From Macrostomum lignano (taxonomy: Eukaryota): a stretch of DNA of 64,000 nucleotides. Position numbers and translations under genes: made by a program. Positions 1 through 14,900 of the stretch are shown here, one piece after another. The stretch is from NCBI GenBank assembly GCA_002269645.1, contig NIVC01003601.1, positions 24,606 through 88,605 on the forward strand, given 5' to 3'. How positions within the stretch are numbered: the first letter of the stretch is position 1; each line of letters starts with the position of its first letter. The notes under the pieces are model-generated. The model saw nothing but the letters and a program-made list of their open reading frames with translations, searched no databases and had not been told where the DNA came from.

Positions 1-436
1 GTGTGAATAGGGTAGCGCCAAGGTGTGAATAGGGTAGCGCCAAGGTGTGAATAGGGTAGCGCCAAGGTGTGAATAGGGTAGCGCCAAGGTGTGAATAGGG
101 TGACGCCAAATTTTGAATAGGGTGGCGCTAAAGTGTGAATAGGGTGGCGCCAAAGTGTGAATAGGGTAGCGCCAAGGTGTGGATAGGGTAGCGCCAAGGT
201 GTGAATAGGGTAGCGCCAAGGTGTGAATAGGGTGACGCCAAATTTTGAATAGGGTGGCGCTAAAGTGTGAATAGGGTGACGCCAAATTTTGAATAGGGTG
301 GCGCTAAAGTGTGAATAGGGTGGCGCCAAAGTGTGAATAGGGTAGCGCCAAGGTGTGAATAGGGTAGCGCCAAGGTTTGAATAGGGTGGCGCCAAATTTT
401 GAATAGGGTGGCGCTAAAGTGTGAATAGGGTGGCGT
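1..436. repeat. 22-bp minisatellite GTGTGAATAGGGT(A/G)GCGCCAA(G/A), truncated by window start
   Basis: ~20 visible tandem copies. Confidence 0.95.
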
Positions 437-943
437 CAATCACTAGAAGCGGTGGGCGCCAAAATCAAGAATCAGTGGCGCCTATCACAAGAATCGTTGA
501 CGCTAAAGACAAAAAAGGCTTGAAAAATGTTTTGCCAGCAATAGTAAAGACAATTTCTGGGGAAGACAGAGATGAGGAGCGAGAAGGATTCTGCGTTGAT
601 TGTCCCAACCAAATTGCCGGGTTCAAATGCCTGACTACTTTAGCGAATCTCCCCTCATTGGCCCAGGAGCCTGCAGAAAAACAAGAGTCCCTGACAAAGC
701 CAAGCAACCCCTTCCCCTAGAAGCAAGCTGATAATAAATAGGGAAATCGCCGAGCTAACCAAACAGGGCCACAAAAGACGCAGAAACAAGCATAGCGATT
801 TTGCAAAACTAAATTAAAAAACCGCGCGTATCCTGCGAGCAAAAAGGGTAAGACTTCAAAACCGTTGTTCTGTAATTTTGTTTCTTTTTTTTGAACGACA
901 AATTTCTCAAATGGTTTGCTTCTTAGCTACTTTATAGTCCTGA

Positions 944-1420
944 GATGGCGCCCCGCTTACTCCCCTTTAGTGGCGCTCAGCTTATTCCACTCTGAATCTG
1001 ATGACGCCCCCCTTACTCGACTCTGACTCTAATGACGCCCCGCTTATTCTACTCTGGTGGCGCTCCGCTTACTCCACTCTGACTCTAATGACGCCCAACT
1101 TACTCTACTATGATTGCAAGCCCGCTAACTTTATTCTGATGGCGCCCCGTTTACTTCGTTCCGATAGCGCCCCGCTTACTCTACTTTAGTGGCGCCCTCC
1201 TTATTCTGCTGTGGTGGCGCTCCGCTTACTCCACTCTGACTCTAATGACGCCCTGCTTATTCTACTATGGTGGCGCTCCGCTTACTCTAATCTGACTCCA
1301 ATGACGCCCCGCTTATTCTACTCTGATTGCAAGCCCGTTTACTTCATTCTGATGGCGCCTCGCTTACTTCACACTGATTCTAATGGCGCCCCGCTTACTC
1401 TACTCTGATGGCGCCCCGCT
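944..1420. repeat. Degenerate GGCGCCCCGCTTACTC-type minisatellite with 213-bp internal duplication
   Basis: Markers GACTCTAATGACGCCC (1025/1238) and GATTGCAAGCCC (1112/1325) both recur at 213 bp. Confidence 0.8.
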
Positions 1421-1504
1421 TACTAGCACACTATAGCTCGTATACTGCAAAATCAGGTTTCTATCATTTAATTTCACAGCTTACAGAGAAGTAAACAAAA
1501 CTCG

Positions 1505-2329
1505 ATGGAGCAGCAAGAACCGGTAGAGCAGCAGCAGAGGCCTTCCACACCGCCCCACACACCTTGTTCGGTTGCCGACGAGAACGCGGAGCACTCTGAT
1601 CTCCTGCACCGCAACGACCAACTTCAATTGCAGGATCTGCGGTTGCCAAAAGCTACGAAAAAATCACGCGATTTCCTAACTAGCAGAGATTTCATGCAGC
1701 ACCAGCAGCACCAGCAGCAGCACAATCATCAAGAGTTCCTCATGATGACCAGCTTCTTAAAGGCGAGAGCCGCCGCCGCTTCCGCCAGCTCGAATGGCAA
1801 CCAGGAAGCCCTGGCTCTGCCTCCGCCGCCGCCACCGCCACAGCCGCATCCGCATCCGTTCCCTCTGTTTCCCCATATACTGGGACATCCGCAACTACCG
1901 CCGCTGCCAATGCTGCCGCCGCCTCTGCCGCCTCCGTCATCGTCAGCGCAAGGGTTTCAACAGCCACGCCAAGATGAACTGTCGAATAGGCGCCATCATC
2001 AGCAGGAGCAGCCTTGTCAAGACGGTCATCCATCAGTGCTGGAATCCAACCGGCGCAACTTCGTGCTAGACAGGCGAGCCAACGACGATTTCAACGAGTT
2101 CTACGCCGAGAGACAGCTCCTGATGCCCATGGACGACGAGATGGAGGACAACGCGGATGAGGATACAACGGACCAGAGGACGAGCCACGCAGCCGAAGGT
2201 GCGAGCGACTACTGCAGCGAGCGAAGCCCCCCGCCACATCCGTTGTCGTCTGGGAAAGAAACACCGGAAGGCAGCGACTCCAACACGGCCGGAGGGCAGC
2301 AGTGGACATTCGAAGAGCAGTTTAAACAG
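1505..2329 (+). CDS. ARID3: ARID3 coding exon 1 (Q/P-rich N-terminus, ends WTFEEQFKQ)
   Basis: ATG at 1505; donor CAG|GTCAGC at 2330, phase 0. A further upstream exon cannot be excluded. Confidence 0.85.
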
Positions 2330-5300
2330 GTCAGCAAACTTTATGATAGTAATTCAGAAGATTTCATTGTTGAGAGCCTCATACCCTTTGGAAGTATCAT
2401 GCAACAATGACTCGTAGTTGTATTACATGTAGGTATCAAAGTGTGACACATCCTCGAAATGTCGCATCCTCAAGGTGTCACAACTGTTACATCCTCGAAA
2501 TGTCGCATCCTCAAGGTGTCACAACTGTTACATCCTCGAAATGTCGCATCCTCAAGGTGTCACAACTGTTACATCCTCGAAATGTCGCATCCTCAAGGTG
2601 TCACAACTGTTACATCCTCGAAATGTCGCATCCTCAAGGTGTCACAACTGTTACATCCTCGAAATGTCGCATCCTCAAGGTGTCACAACTGTTACATCCT
2701 CGAAATGTCGCATCCTCAAGGTGTCACAACTGTTACATCCTCGAAATGTCGCATCCTCAAGGTGTCACAACTGTTACATCCTCGAAATGTCGCATCCTCA
2801 AGGTGTCACAACTGTTACATCCTCGAAATGTCGCATCCTCAAGGTGTCACAACTGTTACATCCTCGAAATGTCGCATCCTCAAGGTGTCACAACTGTTAC
2901 ATCCTCGAAATGTCGCATCCTCAAGGTGTCACACCTGTCACATTCTCAAGATTTCACATCCATAAAGACTCACAACCTATCTCAAATGTGTGTAATCATC
3001 AAAGTACCTTAGATCTTGTTATTATCAAATTGACTAATTGTTAAACATTTTCTTAACAATCCCCAATAAGTGACACGCCAAACACTCGCAGGTGTCGCGG
3101 ACCCAGCCTAAAAATATTTCAAATATTTAAACATTGATAATAAAATCTAACAGTTTGAAAGACACTAAAGCACAGCGCTTTGTTTTGAAGTTCAGTTTGT
3201 CTAGCATAAAACTTCAAGTGCTGCAAAACTTACTAATATCAGCAAGCCGACAAGATCAACTAAGAAGCCGTATAAGTACTAAGAAGCCAGCATCTAAAGA
3301 AAACAAAAACAATAAGTGACACAAAAAAATCTAAAATATAGTCTTTGTTTGGGTTTTTAATTCCCAGTCGAAATGACAGAGGTATTCCAGACCTTCAACA
3401 GCACGGAGTTTATCACCCAACTGGGAGTTTCTGCATGGGTATTTCTCGCTGCAGCTGGGGGTCCAAAGCCAAGATTGTAAATTGGTTCAACCATCTTCTT
3501 TCTGTGGCTGCATAAGGCTTTCTCTCTCTGTCTCTGGAGTTGGCTAATTTACAGCGCAAGCCGTAGGACTTTTCTTGAAAATTTCTAAGAAAATAAATAC
3601 GGTAGGATAAGCAAGTTTACTCTATCGTCCGCGTTATCAGTGAAAATGAGGGTGTTTGGGCCTCAGGGTTTCACTGAAAATGAGGGTGTTTGGGCCTCAG
3701 GGTTTCACTGAAAATGAAGGTGTTTGGGCCTCAGGGTTTCACTGAAAATGAGGGTGTTTTGGCCTCAGGGTTTCACTGAAAATGAGGGTGTTTGGGCTAC
3801 AGAGTTTCACTGAAAATGAGGGTGTTGTGGCCATAGAATTTCAGTGAAAATAAGGTGTTTTGACCACAGAGTTTCAGAGAAAATGAGGGTGTTTGGGCCA
3901 CAGAGTTTCACTGAAAATGAGGGTGTTGTGGCCATAGAATTTCAGTGAAAATAAGGTGTTTTGACCACAGAGTTTCAGAGAAAATGAGGGTGTTTGGGCC
4001 ACAGAGTTTCACTGAAAATGAGGGTGTTGTGGCCATAGAATTTCAGTGAAAATAAGGTGTTTTGACCACAGAGTTTCAGAGAAAATGAGGGTGTTTGGGC
4101 CACAGAGTTTCACTGAAAATGAGGGTGTTTTGGCCACAGAGTTTCACTGAAAATGAGGGTGTTTTGGCCACAGAGTTTCACTGAAAATGAGGGTGTTTTG
4201 GCCACAGAGTTTCAGTTAAAATGAAGGTGTTTGGCCACAGAGTTTCTGTGACTCCAGGTCCAGTTTTAGCTCTCCAATATCTCTACAAGCTAATATTATA
4301 ATACCTTTATCTTATATACTCGTACGATCGTATATATAGAGTAATTTTATGCGCCAGGGCTAAACTTAGTCATACCAAAGTTTAGTACGGGCAAGATGAT
4401 GGCAGCTCCAGCTAAGGTTTCTCTATAGACTGACTGGCTTTAACGTGTATCCAGCAGCCACAGCTGCACACTTGCTTGTCAGTCGCTAAGCCAGTTTTTT
4501 CATCATCATCATCATTATCATCAGCGGCATCTTGTGGCGTGGCAATTAAATCATTTATCCGGCTGCGCCTTGGGGGTTGGGCAATTCTTGTACGACTTGC
4601 CTCTGTTGTTTGAAGCCTTTTGGACCTCCACGCCGGCAGGATACAAAAAGAAAATAAAGAACAAGAAGCTTTAGGCCAGGGGTTTTTACACCCGAATGGC
4701 CGCAAACATTTTTAGGGCCCGAATCTCTGAGGTTTGAATCTGAATTTTGCCTTATAATGAATTCATTAAGTTGGAAGTTTCAGCACTGAACGATACTTTT
4801 ATTTGGCAATGGAAACAAGTCTTTTATTTTGATTTTGGCGCCCTAAAATTCTTGTGTTAGCGCCCCAAACCCTAATTTCTGATTTTTTTGCCCCCCCCCA
4901 CGAATTCCAAGTTTTGGCGCCCCTCCCAATTCCTGGCTTTGGCGCCCCCCCCCAATTCCTGGTTTTTGCGCCCCCAAATTCTAGTGTTAGCGCCCCAAAC
5001 CTTAATTTCTGATTTTTTTGCCCCCCACCAATTCCTGGTTTTGGCGCCCCTCCCAATTCCTGGTTTTGCCCCCCCCAATTCTTGGTTTTGGCGCCTCCCC
5101 CCCCAATTCCTGGTTTTGGCGCCCCCCCCAATTCCTGGTTTTGGTGCCCCCATTCCTGGTTTTGGTGCCCCCCATTCCTGGTTTTGCCCCCCCCCAATTC
5201 CTGGTTTTGGTGCCCCCCCCAATTCCTGGTTTTGGCGCCCCTCCCAATTCCTGGTTTTGCCCCCCCCCCAATTCCTGGTTTTGGTGCCCCCCCCCATTCC

Positions 5301-5901
5301 TGGTTTTGGCGCCCCCCCCAATTCCTGGTTTTGGTGCCCCCCCCATTCCTGGTTTTGGCGCCCCCCCCCCCAATTCCTGGTTTTGCCCCCCCCCAATTCC
5401 TGATTTTGGTGCCCCCCCATTCCTGGTTTTGGCGCCCCCCCCAATTCCTGGTTTTGCCCCCCCCAATTCCTGGTTTTGGTGCCCCCCCATTCCTGGTTTT
5501 GGCGCCCCCCCCCCAATTCCTGGTTTTGCCCCCCCAATTCCTGGTTTTGGTGCCCCCCCCATTCCTGGTTTTGGCGCCCCCCCCCAATTCCTGGTTTTGG
5601 CGCCCCCCCCAATTCCTGGTTTTGGCGCCCCCCCCAATTCCTGGTTTTGGCGCCCCCCCCCGATTCCTGATGCTGGGGCAAATGTTAATTTTTAAGGTTA
5701 TTTACCTATAAATGATGACTGTTGGCGTGTCGCAGTAACGGTCGGCCACTGCTGGCTTCAACCCACCGAACTATACCACTTTCTTTAACAACATCAATCA
5801 CCCCGGTTTTCAACTTATATAGTTTACAACTTTTTTGTTGCAGGCACTGAATTTGAAAAAAATGATTTGTTCATAAACTTTGCTTGTGCGGCACTGTTGA
5901 G

Positions 5902-5933
<32 letters not shown>

Positions 5934-8900
5934 CAGGACAATGCAGATACGCGCATTATTCGGAAAGATTGTCAGAAATTGTCACTGCCAACAACGATGA
6001 TGACAAGAGAACAGCGGTCTAAAGTGTGTTACACAGATATATATATCATATATGTACAGCGCATATTGATTGATTACTGATATAAATGTCACGATATGCT
6101 AGAAGTGGTGTGCTGACCCTTCGGCCTGCATAGTAACTGAACGCAAGGCCACTAGAAACTTCGAAAGTGTGTATGTGTGCACGCATATAGATATTGATAG
6201 ATAGATGAATTGTAGTAGTTTGGTCAGAAGAGATAAACCAGACGATAGGATAGATAGATCGGTAGATAGATAGAAACGGTGCTTACAAATTGTTTATTAC
6301 AACATCAATGAATTTACAGTGACTTCGCTAGTTCATAATTCAAATCAACTCCGTGAAGTTTCGTAGAACAGAATTCAAAGTCGGTTGCGAAAATCTACTA
6401 AAAAAATGGCCAAAGAGCCAAGATGAAGTATCTAAACCATTGCGAGATGAGAGAGGAATAGAGGGAATGGTGGAGAGAGACGGAGAAAGAGGAGATGAAA
6501 AAATGGAGGATGATGGGGGATGAGAGTTGCGAGGAGAGAGTATATATATATAGTAAATAGGATTGCTATTGTGAAGTTTCAAATGACCCCTGCGAGGGCC
6601 GCATAGGGAGGCTTCGAGGACAGAATTTTTGTTAAGCAATAAACAATTTCCGTGGTCCCGTTTCTAAACTGTGAGAGACAGTGATCTAGATCTAAACCAA
6701 TGTTTGTGCGTTTTAAACATGTCAAGATTTAAAAAAAACTAAAGACAATGCTTATAGGCTGTCCATAGAAAATTTCTTATCTTAACCTGTTAATCTTAGT
6801 CTACTGACTGACCAGAAACCAATTTTTGGTTAGGTTTTTTTAAACTGTCTGTGAAAGTTTCAGTTTGCAGTGATGACACTTCTAACTTCCTATTGGCTCC
6901 CAGTTTACTCCTCTTGGCGCTCCTTTCACTCATTTTTGCGCCTCTTTCACTCATCTTGGCGCCTCTTTCACTCATCTTGGCGCCTCTTTCACTCATCTTG
7001 GCGCCTCTTTCACTCATCTTGGTGCCCCTTTCACTCATCTTGGCGCCTCTTTCACTCATCTTCTATGCGCCTCTTTCACTCATCTTGGCGCCTCTTTCAC
7101 TCATCTTGGCGCCTCTTTCACTCATCTTGGCGCAGCTTTCACTCATCTTCTATGCACCTCTTTCACTCATCTTGGCGCCTCTTTCACTCATCTTGGCGCC
7201 TCTTTCACTCATCTTCTATGCGCCTCTTTCACTCATCTTGGCGCCTCTTTCACTCATCTTGGCGCCTCTTTCACTCATCTTCTATGCGCCTCTTTCATTC
7301 ATCTTGGCGCCTCTTTCACTCATCTTGGCGCCTCTTTCACTCATCTTGGCGCAGCTTTCACTCATCTTGGCGCAGCTTTCACTCATCTTGGCGCAGCTTT
7401 CACTCATCTTGGCGCAGCTTTCACTCATCTTCTATGCGCCTCTTTCATTCATCTTGGCGCTCCTTTCACTCATTTTTGCGCCCCTTTCACTCATCTTGGC
7501 GCCCCTTTCACTCATCTTGGCGCCCCTTTCACTCATCTTCTATGCGCCTCTTTCATTCATCTTGGCGCCTCTTTCACTCATCTTGGCGCAGCTTTCACTC
7601 ATCTTGGCGCCTCTTTCACTCATCTTGGCGCCTCTTTCACTCATCTTGGCGCCTCTTTCACTCATCTTGGTGCCCCTTTCACTCATCTTGGCGCAGCTTT
7701 CACTCATCTTGGCGCCTCTTTCACTCATCTTGGCGCCTCTTTCACTCATCTTGGCGCAGCTTTCACTCATCTTGGCGCCTCTTTCACTCATCTTGGCGCC
7801 TCTTTCACTCATCTTGGCGCCTCTTTCACTCATCTTGGCGCAGCTTTCACTCATCTTCTATGCGCCTCTTTCACTCATCTTGGCGCAGCTTTCACTCATC
7901 TTGGCGCAGCTTTCACTCATCTTGGCGCAGCTTTCACTCATCTTGGCGCAGCTTTCACTCATCTTGGCGCAGCTTTCACTCATCTTCTATGCGCCTCTTT
8001 CACTCATCTTGGCGCAGCTTTCACTCATCTTCTATGCGCCTCTTTCATTCATCTTGGCGCTCCTTTCACTCATTTTTGCGCCCCTTTCACTCATCTTGGC
8101 GCCCCTTTCACTCATCTTTTATGCACACCTTTCTTGAATGAAATCTTGGCGCCTTTTCACATATCTATATCTTGGCACCCCTTTTAACTTAGTCAGTATC
8201 CCTTCCAGTCATCGTCACTTATATTTATTGAATCGAACTTGGTTAGAAAATGAAATTAGCATAAAAAACGCTTGCTGCTTTAATTCCGTCTTTTAACAAG
8301 TTGTCTAACAATTTTTTTGTGCTTGCAATCTTGAAAGGCAAGGGAAGACAAACCCACACGGGAGAGGGGTTGGGTCGTTCGATGGCGCTCTTATTGGTCG
8401 GTTGAATTTAATAATTCCGCCGCCCCCTCCCGCGGCATATCTGACCCAGCAGCCAGCCCCAATCAAATCAAACAGATTTTTAGTATCTCTGTTTTCATTG
8501 AAACATCAATAAAATCTCCACTTTTGAAAACTTTTAAAGCGCGAGTCTGAGATTAGATACGGGGTGGGAAAAGAGATGAGAGAGAAGGGAGGAGGATGAG
8601 GGCACACCATATCCCAAAAGCGCTGACTCGGTAAATGTACACGAAGTCATTTTAAAAAGTTTTGCTTGCGTATATTTTAGATTCTCAATTCTTTCTCAGG
8701 GTGAAAAAAACAAGGGGAACGGAGAAGGAGAGTAGGAGGAAGAGGGAGAAGGGGGGTGAGGGGAGAGGGAGAGGGAGACGGAGAATGAGGGGAGAGGAGA
8801 GGGAGACGGAGAGTGAGGGGAGAGGGAGAGGGAGACGGAGAGTGAGGGAGAGGGATTTTGACTCTTGGATTTGAGTAAATCTGAAGCGGAGCGAGCGAAC

Positions 8901-11900
8901 ATAGAGTAAATTGAACAAAGAGCTACCGTGTCCTGATAAATGAGGGAGACCAAGTAAAATGGAATGGGAAAAACGATCATGACAAATCAAAGCACCAGCC
9001 CTTGCTTTTTTCCCGGCTGCATTTAGCAATCCTCAAATTTCCAACCATCCAATTCAGCTTCACGCGAAAAAACACAAATTGTTTCTAAAATACTCAAAAT
9101 TTCTGGTTGATGGTCTGCTGGGCTGTTCGCGGCTCCCAGACTCCGGCACACTTGGTTGCGGTTGATTTGGCCAACAAGGATGCGTTCAGTATATATATGC
9201 CTATGACTATTAATATTGAAAAGCATGCAGGCAAAACAAGGGTGGGCTTCTCAGAAGAAAAAAGCTAATATTCTCGTGCTCAACTCTGCATCTGCAGGAG
9301 TGAAAAGAGTTTTTTTCTCTTAAACGAAGCTGCCTCTCAGAGCCTGAGTCCACTTGAGCTCATTCGGGGGAGTGGCTGAGCTATCTTCACTAACAATAGG
9401 AACATCTACTGACATTCTTGCATTGCGATTGTCTAACAACAACTTCGTACACACATCTCAGTCTCCACTTCAGCCAATCTGCTAATAAGACATGTGACTG
9501 ATGTGAGTGACACCACAAGGATTTCTCTACTGCAGTCAGGCCAACAAGCCTTGTGGCTAGGAGTTGAACCTTGCCAACAACAGTTTTGCTAGAAGAACTC
9601 TTCGTAGAGAGTCGTAGAAAACTTAATACAACAAGGACCATGACACATCAGGTTTATTTTGGCACCCTGAATTCGAACCAAGCTGAATGCAATTTATCTC
9701 TACTTTTAAGTTTCATATTTTCTGTAGTTCATATTTTATGTGAAGCAGCAATCTTATTATAATTATTGGGACTCTCTGGATGTCAGTAATTCCATCAAGT
9801 TTAAGCAATCTGTTAACATGGAGTCTGCAGACAGGAGCGTCGCCATGGATTTTGAGGTGGGAGGAGGGAGGAGGAGCCGAAGGCACTCATTTTGGCGTCG
9901 CAGGCACTCATTTTGGCGTCGCAGGCACTCATTTTGGCGTCGCAGGCACTCATTTTAGCGTCGCAGGCACTCATTTTAGCGTCGCAGGCACTCATTTTGG
10001 CGCCGCAGGCACTTATTTTAGCGCCGCAGGCACTCATTTTGGCGCCGCAGGCACTCATATTAGCGCCGCAGGCATTCATATTAGCGCCGCAGGCACTCAT
10101 TTTAGCGCCGCAGGCACTCATTTTAGCGTCGCAGGCACTCATTTTGGCGCCGCAGGCACTTATTTTAGCGCCGCAGGCACTCATTTTAGCGCCGCAGGGA
10201 CTCATATTAGCGCCGCAGGCACTCATTTTAGCGCCGCAGGCACTCATTTTAGCGCCGCAAGCGTTCATTTTGGCGCCAAAGGCACTCATTTTAGCGCCGC
10301 AGGCACTCATTTTAGCGCCGCAAGCGTTCATTTTGGCGCCAAAGGCACTCATTTTAGCGCCGCAAGCGTTCATTTTGGCGCCAAAGGCACTCATTTTAGC
10401 GCCGCAGGCACTCATTTTAGCGCCGCAGGCACTCATTTTGGCGCCGCAGGCACTTATTTTAGCGCCGCAGGCACTCATTTTGGCGCCGCAGGCACTCATA
10501 TTAGCGCCGCAGGCATTCATATTAGCGCCGTAGGCACTCATTTTAGCGCCGCAGGCACTCATTTTAGCGCCGCAGGCACTCATTTTAGCGCCGCAGGCAC
10601 TCATTTTGGCGCCGCAGGCACTTATTTTAGCGCCGCAGGCACTCATTTTGGCGCCGCAGGCACTCATATTAGCGCCGCAGGCATTCATATTAGCGCCGTA
10701 GGCACTCATTTTAGAGCCGCAGGCACTCATTTTAGCGCCGCAGGCACTCATTTTAGCGCCGCAAGCGTTCATTTTGGCGCCAAAGGCACTCATTTTAGCG
10801 CCGCAGGCACTCATTTTAGCGCCGCAGGCACTCATTTTGGCGCCGCAGGCACTTATTTTAGCGCCGCAGGCACTCATTTTGGCGCCGCAGGCACTCATAT
10901 TAGCGCCGCAGGCATTCATATTAGCGCCGTAGGCACTCATTTTAGAGCCGCAGGCACTCATTTTAGCGCCGCAGGCACTCATTTTAGCGCCGCAAGCGTT
11001 CATTTTGGCGCCAAAGGCACTCATTTTAGCGCCGCAGGCACTCATTTTAGCGCCGCAGGCACTCATTTTGGCGCCGCAGGCACTTATTTTAGCGCCGCAG
11101 GCACTCATTTTGGCGCCGCAGGCACTCATATTAGCGCCGCAGGCACTCATTTTGGCGCCGCAGGCACTCATATTAGCGCCGCAGGCATTCATATTAGCGC
11201 CGTAGGCACTCATTTTAGCGCCACAGGCACTCATTTTAGCGCCGCAGGCACTCATTTTAGCGCCGCAAGCGTTCATTTTGGCGCCACAGGCACTCATTTT
11301 AGCGCCGCAGGCACTCATTTTAGCGCCGCAGGCACTCATTTTGGCGCCGCAGGCACTCATATTAGCGCCGCAGGCATTCATATTAGCGCCGCAGGCACTC
11401 ATTTTAGCGCCGCAGGCACTCATTTTAGCGCCGCAGGCACTCATTTTAGCGCCGCAAGCGTTCATTTTGGCGCCAAAGGCACTCATTTTAGCGCCGCAAG
11501 CGTTCATTTTGGCGCCAAAGGCACTCATTTTAGCGCCGCAGGCACTCATTTTAGCGCCGCAGGCACTCATTTTGGCGCCGCAGGCACTTATTTTAGCGCC
11601 GCAGGCACTCATTTTGGCGCCGCAGGCACTCATATTAGCGCCGCAGGCATTCATATTAGCGCCGTAGGCACTCATTTTAGCGCCACAGGCACTCATTTTA
11701 GCGCCGCAGGCACTCATTTTAGCGCCGCAAGCGTTCATTTTGGCGCCAAAGGCACTCATTTTAGCGCCGCAGGCACTCATTTTAGCGCCGCAGGCACTCA
11801 TTTTGGCGCCGCAGGCACTTATTTTAGCGCCGCAGGCACTCATTTTGGCGCCGCAGGCACTCATATTAGCGCCGCAGGCATTCATATTAGCGCCGTAGGC

Positions 11901-14900
11901 ACTCATTTTAGAGCCGCAGGCACTCATTTTAGCGCCGCAGGCACTCATTTTAGCGCCGCAAGCGTTCATTTTGGCGCCAAAGGCACTCATTTTAGCGCCG
12001 CAGGCACTCATTTTAGCGCCGCAGGCACTCATTTTGGCGCCGCAGGCACTTATTTTAGCGCCGCAGGCACTCATTTTGGCGCCGCAGGCACTCATATTAG
12101 CGCCGCAGGCATTCATATTAGCGCCGTAGGCACTCATTTTAGAGCCGCAGGCACTCATTTTAGCGCCGCAGGCACTCATTTTAGCGCCGCAAGCGTTCAT
12201 TTTGGCGCCAAAGGCACTCATTTTAGCGCCGCAGGCACTCATTTTAGCGCCGCAAGCGTTCATTTTGGCGCTAAAGGCACTCATTTTAGCGCCGCAAGCG
12301 TTCATTTTGGCGCCAAAGGCACTCATTTTAGCGCCGCAGGCACTCATTTTAGCGCCGCAGGCACTCATTTTGGCGCCGCAGGCACTTATTTTAGCGCCGC
12401 AGGCACTCATTTTGGCGCCGCAGGCACTCATATTAGCGCCGCAGGCATTCATATTAGCGCCGTAGGCACTCATTTTAGCGCCACAGGCACTCATTTTAGC
12501 GCCGCAGGCACTCATTTTAGCGCCGCAAGCGTTCATTTTGGCGCCAAAGGCACTCATTTTAGCGCCGCAGGCACTCATTTTAGCGCCGCAGGCACTCATT
12601 TTAGCGCCGCAGGCACTCATTTTGGCGCCGCAGGCACTCATATTAGCGCCGCAGGCATTCATATTAGCGCCGCAGGCACTCATTTTAGCGCCGCAGGCAC
12701 TCATTTTAGCGCCGCAGGCACTCATTTTAGCGCCGCAAGCGTTCATTTTGGCGCCAAAGGCACTCATTTTAGCGCCGCAAGCGTTCATTTTGGCGCCAAA
12801 GGCACTCATTTTAGCGCCGCAGGCACTCATTTTAGCGCCGCAGGCACTCATTTTGGCGCCGCAGGCACTTATTTTAGCGCCGCAGGCACTCATTTTGGCG
12901 CCGCAGGCACTCATATTAGCGCCGCAGGCATTCATATTAGCGCCGTAGGCACTCATTTTAGCGCCACAGGCACTCATTTTAGCGCCGCAGGCACTCATTT
13001 TAGCGCCGCAAGCGTTCATTTTGGCGCCAAAGGCACTCATTTTAGCGCCGCAGGCACTCATTTTAGCGCCGCAGGCACTCATTTTGGCGCCGCAGGCACT
13101 TATTTTAGCGCCGCAGGCACTCATTTTGGCGCCGCAGGCACTCATATTAGCGCCGCAGGCATTCATATTAGCGCCGTAGGCACTCATTTTAGAGCCGCAG
13201 GCACTCATTTTAGCGCCGCAGGCACTCATTTTAGCGCCGCAAGCGTTCATTTTGGCGCCAAAGGCACTCATTTTAGCGCCGCAGGCACTCATTTTAGCGC
13301 CGCAAGCGTTCATTTTGGCGCTAAAGGCACTCATTTTAGCGCCGCAAGCGTTCATTTTGGCGCCAAAGGCACTCATTTTAGCGCCGCAGGCACTCATTTT
13401 AGCGCCGCAGGCACTCATTTTGGCGCCGCAGGCACTTATTTTAGCGCCGCAGGCACTCATTTTGGCGCCGCAGGCACTCATATTAGCGCCGCAGGCATTC
13501 ATATTAGCGCCGTAGGCACTCATTTTAGCGCCACAGGCACTCATTTTAGCGCCGCAGGCACTCATTTTAGCGCCGCAAGCGTTCATTTTGGCGCCAAAGG
13601 CACTCATTTTAGCGCCGCAGGCACTCATTTTAGCGCCGCAGGCACTCATTTTGGCGCCGCAGGCACTTATTTTAGCGCCGCAGGCACTCATTTTGGCGCC
13701 GCAGGCACTCATATTAGCGCCGCAGGCATTCATATTAGCGCCGTAGGCACTCATTTTAGAGCCGCAGGCACTCATTTTAGCGCCGCAGGCACTCATTTTA
13801 GCGCCGCAAGCGTTCATTTTGGCGCCAAAGGCACTCATTTTAGCGCCGCAGGCACTCATTTTAGCGCCGCAGGCACTCATTTTGGCGCCGCAGGCACTTA
13901 TTTTAGCGCCGCAGGCACTCATTTTGGCGCCGCAGGCACTTATTTTAGCGCCGCAGGCACTCATTTTGGCGCCGCAGGCACTCATATTAGCGCCGCAGGC
14001 ATTCATATTAGCGCCGTAGGCACTCATTTTAGAGCCGCAGGCACTCATTTTAGCGCCGCAGGCACTCATTTTAGCGCCGCAAGCGTTCATTTTGGCGCAA
14101 AGGCACTCATTTTAGCGCCGCAGGCACTCATTTTAGCGCCGCAGGCACTCATTTTGGCGCCGCAGGCACTTATTTTAGCGCCGCAGGCACTCATTTTGGC
14201 GCCGCAGGCACTCATATTAGCGCCGCAGGCACTCATTTTGGCGCCGCAGGCACTCATATTAGCGCCGCAGGCATTCATATTAGCGCCGTAGGCACTCATT
14301 TTAGCGCCACAGGCACTCATTTTAGCGCCGCAGGCACTCATATTAGCGCCGCAGGCATTCATATTAGCGCCGCAGGCACTCATTTTAGCGCCGCAGGCAC
14401 TCATTTTAGCGCCGCAGGCACTCATTTTGGCGCCGCAGGCACTTATTTTAGCGCCGCAGGCACTCATTTTGGCGCCGCAGGCACTCATATTAGCGCCGCA
14501 GGCACTCATTTTGGCGCCGCAGGCACTCATATTAGCGCCGCAGGCATTCATATTAGCGCCGTAGGCACTCATTTTAGCGCCACAGGCACTCATTTTGGCG
14601 CCGCAGGCACTCATATTAGCGCCGCAGGCATTCATATTAGCGCCGCAGGCACTCATTTTAGCGCCGCAGGCACTCATTTTAGCGCCGCAGGCACTCATTT
14701 TAGCGCCGCAAGCGTTCATTTTGGCGCCAAAGGCACTCATTTTAGCGCCGCAAGCGTTCATTTTGGCGCCAAAGGCACTCATTTTAGCGCCGCAGGCACT
14801 CATTTTAGCGCCGCAGGCACTCATTTTGGCGCCGCAGGCACTTATTTTAGCGCCGCAGGCACTCATTTTGGCGCCGCAGGCACTCATATTAGCGCCGCAG

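Noticed and set aside
2444-2945. 41-bp identical direct repeats resembling a CRISPR array
   Set aside because: Units abut with no unique spacers, no cas genes are present and the context is eukaryotic intron.
4799-8141. Long ORFs in several frames (GAPKPG, LAPLSLI, FHSSWR, MSERGAK)
   Set aside because: Direct translations of minisatellites, open on both strands, no splice or homology support.
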